A stretch of 64,000 nucleotides of DNA, taken from NCBI GenBank assembly GCA_965116905.1, contig OZ220732.1, forward strand, positions 1,728,001 to 1,792,000, written 5' to 3'. Made by a program: the position numbers and the translations under genes. This DNA is from Longimicrobiales bacterium. Its GTDB lineage: Bacteria > Gemmatimonadota > Gemmatimonadetes > Longimicrobiales > Gaopeijiaceae. Positions within the stretch are counted from its first letter, which is position 1. The number at the start of each line of letters is the position of its first letter. Shown piece after piece: positions 58,623 to 64,000 of the stretch. The notes below the pieces were generated by a model that made no database searches, was not told the origin of the DNA, and was given only the letters and a program-made list of their open reading frames with translations.

Positions 58623-59534
58623 ATGGAACTTCTCCGCGCGCTCGGCTCACTGATCGAGCCCCCCTCCCGCGAGCACGCGCGGATCGCGGAGGTCCTCGGC
58701 ATGCCTGCCCCGCCGGCTCCGGCCGTGCACGGGACGGTGGTCGCCTTCCAGCGCTACCCCTACGCGTCGGTGTACCTGGGGCCCGAGGGGATGATGGGCG
58801 GCGAAGCCCGCGACCGGGTGGCGGGGTTTCGCCGGGCGCTGGGTGTCGAAGCGGCGGCGGAGGAAGACCACCTCACCTCGCTGCTGGCGCTTCTGGCCGC
58901 GCTCGACGGATGGCAGCGGCAAGAGCGTGCCGAAGCACGGCGCGTGCTCCTGCGCCAGGCCCGCGTGACCCTGGTCTGGGAACACATGGTGTCCTGGCTC
59001 GGCCCCTACCTGGCAAGTTTCGAGGGGTGCGGCGACGCGTTCTACGAGGCGTGGGCGGCACTGCTCGGTGAGGCGCTGGACGAGGTGACGGGCGAAATGG
59101 AGCGCCCGCGCTACCTGCCGGCCGCCCTGCGCGCGGCACCGGGGCTCGCGGATCCGCGCCGGGAAGGGGGCGCCGCGTTCGTCTCGTCGCTGCTGGCGCC
59201 GGTGCGCTCCGGCGTGATCGTCGTGCGCGACGACCTGGTCCGGCTCGGGGAAGAGGTGGGGCTGGCCTGCCGCGCGGGAGAACGGCGATACGTGTTGCGG
59301 TCGTTCTTCGCGCAGGACCCGGCCGGAACGCTGCGGTGGCTGGCCAGCCACGCGAGAGGGTGGGGCGCGCGGGTCGCCGGGCGGGGACCGGAGCCGATTG
59401 CGCGCTGGTGGGCCACGAGGGCGGGGGAGTGCGCGCGGCTGCTGGCCGGGCTGGCGGCGGGGGTAGTCAAGGGGGCGGTGGCCGAGGAGGCGGTGGCCGA
59501 GGAGGAGGCCGCGGCCGGGGTGACCGGGGAGTGA
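58623..59534 (+). CDS. TorD/DmsD-family molybdoenzyme chaperone with C-terminal extension
   Basis: PYASVYL, EEDHL, EHMVSWLGPY, FYEAWA; follows the catalytic subunit. Confidence 0.8.
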   Translation: MELLRALGSLIEPPSREHARIAEVLGMPAPPAPAVHGTVVAFQRYPYASVYLGPEGMMGGEARDRVAGFRRALGVEAAAEEDHLTSLLALLAALDGWQRQERAEARRVLLRQARVTLVWEHMVSWLGPYLASFEGCGDAFYEAWAALLGEALDEVTGEMERPRYLPAALRAAPGLADPRREGGAAFVSSLLAPVRSGVIVVRDDLVRLGEEVGLACRAGERRYVLRSFFAQDPAGTLRWLASHARGWGARVAGRGPEPIARWWATRAGECARLLAGLAAGVVKGAVAEEAVAEEEAAAGVTGE

Positions 59535-61105
59535 GCGTGAGGGGGGTGGGGAGGCGGGGGGGCGGGGATCCGGTCGTGGGAGCGGCGGCGTGGGCCACGC
59601 GCCGCGCGACGTCCCGGGATCTGGTCGCGGGCCTGAGCGTCACCCTTCTGATCATTCCCCAGAGCATGGCGTACGCCGAACTGGCGGGGCTGCCGAGTGT
59701 GCACGGCCTCTACGCTTCGGCACTGCCCTTGCTGGCGGCCGGGCTGTTCGCTTCCTGCCCGTACCTGCAGTCGGGTCCCGTCGCTCTCACTGCGCTGCTT
59801 ACCCACGGCGCCCTCGTCACCATTGCAACGCCCGGGAGCCCGGAGTATGTGGGCGCGGCGGCCCTTCTCGCCCTGATCGTGGGCATCACGCGGCTGGCGA
59901 TCGCGCTGGTGCATGCCGGCAAGGTCACCTACCTGATGTCACAGCCGGTGGTCAGGGGATTCACCTCCGGGGCGGCCATTCTCATCCTGTTGTCGCAGTT
60001 CCCGTCCGCGCTGGGCCTGACGGCGTCCGGAGAGAGCGGGCTCGTCGGGAACACGATCCAGGCGCTTCTCGGTCCGGGCGCGTGGAATGTCGCCGCCATC
60101 GTGCTCACGGTGCTCACGGTGCTGATTACGCTGCTGGCCCGCAGGATTCACCCGCTGTTCCCCGGAGCGCTTGTCGCCGTCCTGGGCGGCGTTCTCTTTG
60201 CCACGCTGGCCGGCTACCAGGGACCGATCGTGGGGACCATTCCCGGCTCGCTGCCCCCCATCAGCCTCGCTCTGCCCTGGAATCTGGTGCCGGCGCTGTT
60301 CGTGCCGGGCGTGGTCATCGCCCTGGTAGGCTTCGCCGAGACCACTGCGATCGCCCGCAGCTTCGCAACACACGACCGCGCGCGGTGGAGCCCCGACCGG
60401 GAGTTCCTCGCCCAGGGAGCCGCCAACGTCGTCTCCGGAGTCTGCGGGGGCATGCCCGTGGACGGCTCTCTTTCGCGCAGCAGCCTGAACCACCTTTCCG
60501 GTGCCGGCACCCGATGGTCCGGGGCCATCACCGGCGTTGCCGTACTGCTGTTCCTGCCCTTCGCAGGTGTGCTCTCGGCCCTCCCGAAGGCGGTATTGGC
60601 GGGGATCGTGATCGCGGCGGTCGGCGGCCTCGTGCGCCCGCGCCTGCTGATCAACATCTGGACGCTGTCGCGGATTCAGGCGCTGGTGGTCTGGTTCACG
60701 CTCGCCCTGTGCCTGCTGCTCGCCCCCCGGATCGAGCAGGCCCTGCTGCTGGGCATCCTGTTGTCCCTCGCGATTCACGTCTGGCGTGAGCGGCGGGCCG
60801 GATTCGACAGCTGGATCGAGGACGGCGTCCTGCACCTGGAGGTCAAGGGCATCCTCTGGTTCGCCTCCGCGCCGCGGCTGGAGGAAGCGCTGATGAGCAG
60901 ACTCACGGACGCAGGCGCGGTCTCCGAGGTGGTCATCCACCTGGAAGGCCTGGGACGCATCGATCTCACCGGGGCTCTTGTGCTCAAGCGTGTGGTAGAG
61001 GAGACTCGGGCGATGGGCATTCCCTCTTCATTGCGGGGAGTGCCGCCTCAGGCACGGGAGCTGATCGACAACATCTTCGGGATGCCGCCGGCCACATACC
61101 TGTAG
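59531..61105 (+). CDS. SulP/SLC26 anion transporter with STAS domain
   Basis: DLVAGLSV, IPQSMAYAELAGLP, GLYAS, SQPVVRGFTSGAA, EFLAQGAAN, GSLSRSS, IDLTG. Confidence 0.92.
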   Translation: MSVRGVGRRGGGDPVVGAAAWATRRATSRDLVAGLSVTLLIIPQSMAYAELAGLPSVHGLYASALPLLAAGLFASCPYLQSGPVALTALLTHGALVTIATPGSPEYVGAAALLALIVGITRLAIALVHAGKVTYLMSQPVVRGFTSGAAILILLSQFPSALGLTASGESGLVGNTIQALLGPGAWNVAAIVLTVLTVLITLLARRIHPLFPGALVAVLGGVLFATLAGYQGPIVGTIPGSLPPISLALPWNLVPALFVPGVVIALVGFAETTAIARSFATHDRARWSPDREFLAQGAANVVSGVCGGMPVDGSLSRSSLNHLSGAGTRWSGAITGVAVLLFLPFAGVLSALPKAVLAGIVIAAVGGLVRPRLLINIWTLSRIQALVVWFTLALCLLLAPRIEQALLLGILLSLAIHVWRERRAGFDSWIEDGVLHLEVKGILWFASAPRLEEALMSRLTDAGAVSEVVIHLEGLGRIDLTGALVLKRVVEETRAMGIPSSLRGVPPQARELIDNIFGMPPATYL

Positions 61106-61115
61106 GAGCCAGGAC

Positions 61116-61619
61116 ATGGACAAGCTGATTCTCGCACTGCTCGCGACCGGAGCGTTGACCCAGCATCCCGCCGGTATCCATATCTCCAGCGCGGATATTC
61201 GCGCGACAATCGACAGTGCCCCGGAGGGGAGGGTCAGCGACCAGCAGATCCGGCACATCGATGCGGGCGGACACAACGTCGGCGTCGGCGTCGTTCAGCG
61301 GCCGCCCTCCACGTCACTGGGCGCCATTCAGCACCACAACCAGACCGAGGTCTATTACGTGGTGTCGGGGCGCGGGACGCTGGTGACGGGCGGCGTACTT
61401 TCGGGGGGCCGCCGGCTGGATCCTGAAGGGACCGTGGTGCGGACGCTCACCGGCCCGAGTTCGGTGGGCGGCATCGACGGCGGGGTAAGTCGTGAGGTCG
61501 GTCCGGGGGACATGGTCATCATCCCGGCGGATTCGCCCCACGGATTCAGCGAGATCACCGAGACGATCACCTACATTGTCGTGCGGGTGGATCCCGATCA
61601 GCTGGTGGAGTTGAAATAG
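61116..61619 (+). CDS. Exported cupin-domain protein
   Basis: Signal peptide; [16 protein letters not shown] and [14 protein letters not shown] cupin motifs. Confidence 0.82.
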   Translation: MDKLILALLATGALTQHPAGIHISSADIRATIDSAPEGRVSDQQIRHIDAGGHNVGVGVVQRPPSTSLGAIQHHNQTEVYYVVSGRGTLVTGGVLSGGRRLDPEGTVVRTLTGPSSVGGIDGGVSREVGPGDMVIIPADSPHGFSEITETITYIVVRVDPDQLVELK

Positions 61620-61629
61620 GAGGAGCCCC

Positions 61630-62379
61630 ATGCACGATCACCGCCACGACACCGACGGCCACAAGGGTCATCGGCACGACCACGACCACCATGACGCCGG
61701 CCACGACCACCATCAGCACGACCACCATCAGCACGACCACCATCACCACGGCCATGACCACTCTCACCACGGCCACGACCACCAGGACGTTCCCGCGGAC
61801 ATCTCCCTTCGGGTCAAGGCCCTGGAGTCCCTCCTGGTCGAAAAGGGGATGGTCGACGCTGCCGCGCTCGACGACATCGTCGATTCCTTCGAGAACCGGA
61901 TCGGACCCAGGAACGGCGCTCAGGTGGTCGCGCGGGCATGGACGGATTCCGCTTTCCGGGAGCGGCTCCTGGCCGACGCCACTGCGGCGATCGGCGAGTT
62001 CGGATACCTCGGTGGCCAGGGCGAGCACATGAAGGTGGTCGCCAACACCCCGGACGTGCATAACCTCGTGGTTTGCACCCTGTGTTCGTGCTATCCGTGG
62101 CCCACACTGGGCCTGCCACCGACGTGGTACAAGTCGTCGGCGTATCGGGCGAGGGCGGTGATCGAACCGCGCGAAGTGCTGCGCGAGTTCGGCCTCCGGC
62201 TTGACGACGACGTGGAAGTGCGCGTGTGGGACAGCACCGCCGAGATACGCTACCTGGTGTTGCCGGAGCGCCCCCGTGGCACCGAGGGCATGACCGAGGA
62301 GGAACTGGCCGCACTGGTCACCCGCGACGCCATGATCGGGGTCGCGAGGGTCGCCGCACCGCGGGGGAGCGACTCGTGA
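61630..62379 (+). CDS. nthA: Cobalt-type nitrile hydratase subunit alpha with His-rich N-terminus
   Basis: [51 protein letters not shown]. Confidence 0.95.
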   Translation: MHDHRHDTDGHKGHRHDHDHHDAGHDHHQHDHHQHDHHHHGHDHSHHGHDHQDVPADISLRVKALESLLVEKGMVDAAALDDIVDSFENRIGPRNGAQVVARAWTDSAFRERLLADATAAIGEFGYLGGQGEHMKVVANTPDVHNLVVCTLCSCYPWPTLGLPPTWYKSSAYRARAVIEPREVLREFGLRLDDDVEVRVWDSTAEIRYLVLPERPRGTEGMTEEELAALVTRDAMIGVARVAAPRGSDS

Positions 62380-63026
62380 ACAGCATCCACGACATGGGCG
62401 GCATGGACGGGTTCGGCGCGGTCGTGCGCGAAGACGACGAGCCGGTGTTCCATCACCGCTGGGAGGGGCGGGTGTACGCGCTGACCCGGGTGGTCAAGCC
62501 CTGGCTGCGGGGCCGCCGGTTGCCCGGCTTTCGATTCGTGCTCGAGAGCATTCCGCCTGCGGACTACCTGCGCATGTCGTACTACGAGCGCTGGTTCCAC
62601 ATGGTAAAGACGCGCCTGGTCGCCGGAGGCCTCGTAGCCGGATCCGAGGTCGAATCCGGCCGACCCGACCCCGACGAGTCCAGCCCCCGGTTGCTTCCCC
62701 CTTCGGACGGTTCCCTCGGCTTTGCACTCCTGGGCCTGGATGTGGATGCCCGCTTTGCGCCGGGCGACCGCGTGCGCGCCCGCAACCTGAACCCGCGCGG
62801 CCACAACCGGCTCCCTCGATACGTGAAGGGTCGGCGCGGCACGGTGGTCGAGGATTACGGCGTCTATGCGCTGCAGGACAGCGACGAGGAGGGCCGACTG
62901 CCGCTGGACGATCCGCAGCACGTCTACTCGGTCCGCTTCGAGGGGCGGGAACTCTGGGGAGACCGGTCGGGCGCCCGCGACGCCGTCTACGTGGATCTGT
63001 GGGAAGAGTACCTGGAGCCGGCGTGA
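62376..63026 (+). CDS. nthB: Nitrile hydratase subunit beta
   Basis: GTG start [39 protein letters not shown]...[15 protein letters not shown]. Confidence 0.93.
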   Translation: MNSIHDMGGMDGFGAVVREDDEPVFHHRWEGRVYALTRVVKPWLRGRRLPGFRFVLESIPPADYLRMSYYERWFHMVKTRLVAGGLVAGSEVESGRPDPDESSPRLLPPSDGSLGFALLGLDVDARFAPGDRVRARNLNPRGHNRLPRYVKGRRGTVVEDYGVYALQDSDEEGRLPLDDPQHVYSVRFEGRELWGDRSGARDAVYVDLWEEYLEPA

Positions 63027-63403
63027 TGGCGGCTTCGGCACGCAGCGTTCGGGAGCGCCTCGGGGACTTGCCGCCGCTGCCCCGGGATGACGAAGGGCCC
63101 GTCTTCGAGGAGCCGTGGCAGGCCCAGGCCTTTGCGCTGGCGGTGAAGCTCTCGGAGCTGGGGTATTTCTCCTGGCAGACCTGGGCCCGGACGCTTGCGG
63201 AGGAATTGGCGGCCGCGGATGCGCGAGGCGACCCCGACGACGGGTCCGCGTACTACCATCACTGGGTCGCCGCGCTGGAGCGCCTGGTCGCCGGCCGCGA
63301 GCTTGTCGACCCGGCGGCGCTGGCCGAGCGCAAGGATGCGTGGGCGGACGCGTACCGCCGCACGCCGCACGGGCAGCCGGTGGAACTTCGCGGCCGCAGC
63401 TGA
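63026..63403 (+). CDS. Nitrile hydratase accessory (activator) protein
   Basis: GPVFEEPWQAQAFALAV, YYHHWVAALERL, TPHGQPVEL; follows nthB. Confidence 0.9.
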   Translation: MAASARSVRERLGDLPPLPRDDEGPVFEEPWQAQAFALAVKLSELGYFSWQTWARTLAEELAAADARGDPDDGSAYYHHWVAALERLVAGRELVDPAALAERKDAWADAYRRTPHGQPVELRGRS

Positions 63404-63419
63404 ACGGCTCCTCCTCCGG

Positions 63420-64000
63420 TCAGTACGCGATTGCGTAGGCTTCGCGGCGCGGATCGGAGGCCGCGGTAAGCGTGCCGTCGCGGTCGCGCAGGATCATTTG
63501 CGCGCCGCCGAAGGTCGCGGTCCACCCCTGCACCAACTCAACCTCGTGGCCCATTGCGCCCAGGCGCTCCAGCACCGCGCCGGCGACGCGGTCCTCGAAC
63601 GCGACCCGCAGCCCGTTGTAGCTGCGGAACCGGGGCGCTTCGATCGCGGCCTGTGGGGTCATCCCGAAGTGCACGAGATTGTTCACGATCTGCAGCAGGC
63701 TCTGGGGCTGGCTGTCCCCGCCCGGCGTCCCGACGGTGAACGCGAAGCTGCCGTCGGTGCGGGTCGCCATCATGGGGGTCAGGGTGTGGTAGGGCCGCTT
63801 GCCGGGCGCGATGACGTTGGGATGGCCGGACGCCAGGTTGAACAGGGCGCCGCGGTTGTGCAGCACGACGCCCGTCTCCGGCTCAAGCAGCCCGGAGCCG
63901 AAGCCCGCGAACAGGCTCTGTATCCAGCTGACCGCGTTGCCCCACTGGTCGACGGCGGTCAGGTACACCGTGTCCCCGGAATCGTCGAGCGTTTGCCGGG
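63420..64000 (-). CDS. Gamma-glutamyltransferase (C-terminal part; runs off the right edge)
   Basis: GD-TVYLTAVDQWGNAVSWIQS, PGKRPYHTLTP, GTPGGDSQPQ, ASDPRREA. Confidence 0.92.
   Translation of the reverse strand, partial: RQTLDDSGDTVYLTAVDQWGNAVSWIQSLFAGFGSGLLEPETGVVLHNRGALFNLASGHPNVIAPGKRPYHTLTPMMATRTDGSFAFTVGTPGGDSQPQSLLQIVNNLVHFGMTPQAAIEAPRFRSYNGLRVAFEDRVAGAVLERLGAMGHEVELVQGWTATFGGAQMILRDRDGTLTAASDPRREAYAIAY

Noticed and set aside
62650..62669. 19/20 match to the tRNA-Pro 3' end (TCGAATCCGGCCGwCCCGAC) as a possible att site
   Set aside because: Inverted relative to the tRNA, inside the intact nthB frame (VESGRPD), and no integrase is present; most likely chance.
61630..63026. Thiocyanate hydrolase instead of nitrile hydratase
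   Set aside because: The motif continues CSCYPWP as in NHases (the thiocyanate hydrolase gamma subunit has Arg there, from memory), the beta subunit is unsplit and an NHase-type accessory gene follows.

Overview
High-GC bacterial chromosomal segment, densely coding, with about 57 CDS and one tRNA-Pro(GGG). I found no rRNA, CRISPR array, transposase or integrase. The gene repertoire (many exported amidohydrolases and peptidases, Ig-domain metzincin lipoproteins, DUF885, LVIVD and beta-propeller proteins, AAA/DUF4143) suggests a Gemmatimonadota-like heterotroph, possibly host-associated; this is inference only. Main modules: (i) DmpA peptidase, SSS transporter and Cys/Thr-type proline-racemase-family dehydratase; (ii) a five-gene 3-keto-glycoside-type catabolic cluster (2 TIM barrels, MFS, Gfo/Idh/MocA, DUF1080); (iii) two paralogous metalloprotease lipoproteins flanking a small exported protein, the second apparently starting at CTG; (iv) an NSS transporter, mmuM and ABC operon whose last CDS runs into tRNA-Pro; (v) a Tat-exported GGT-family enzyme with Ser at the canonical Thr nucleophile position; (vi) DNA-repair genes (ogt, AlkA-like, Fpg/Nei, xth) plus nudC and fabV; (vii) an eight-gene co-directional run joining an unassigned Tat-less molybdoenzyme complex (FeS-NrfD fusion, catalytic subunit, TorD) to SulP, a cupin and a cobalt nitrile hydratase with a His-rich leader. 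Non-coding signals include a consensus sigma54 promoter, several orphan operator-like sites, a recurrent motif right after TAG stops and many short tandem duplications. All family assignments come from motif recognition by eye, not from database searches.
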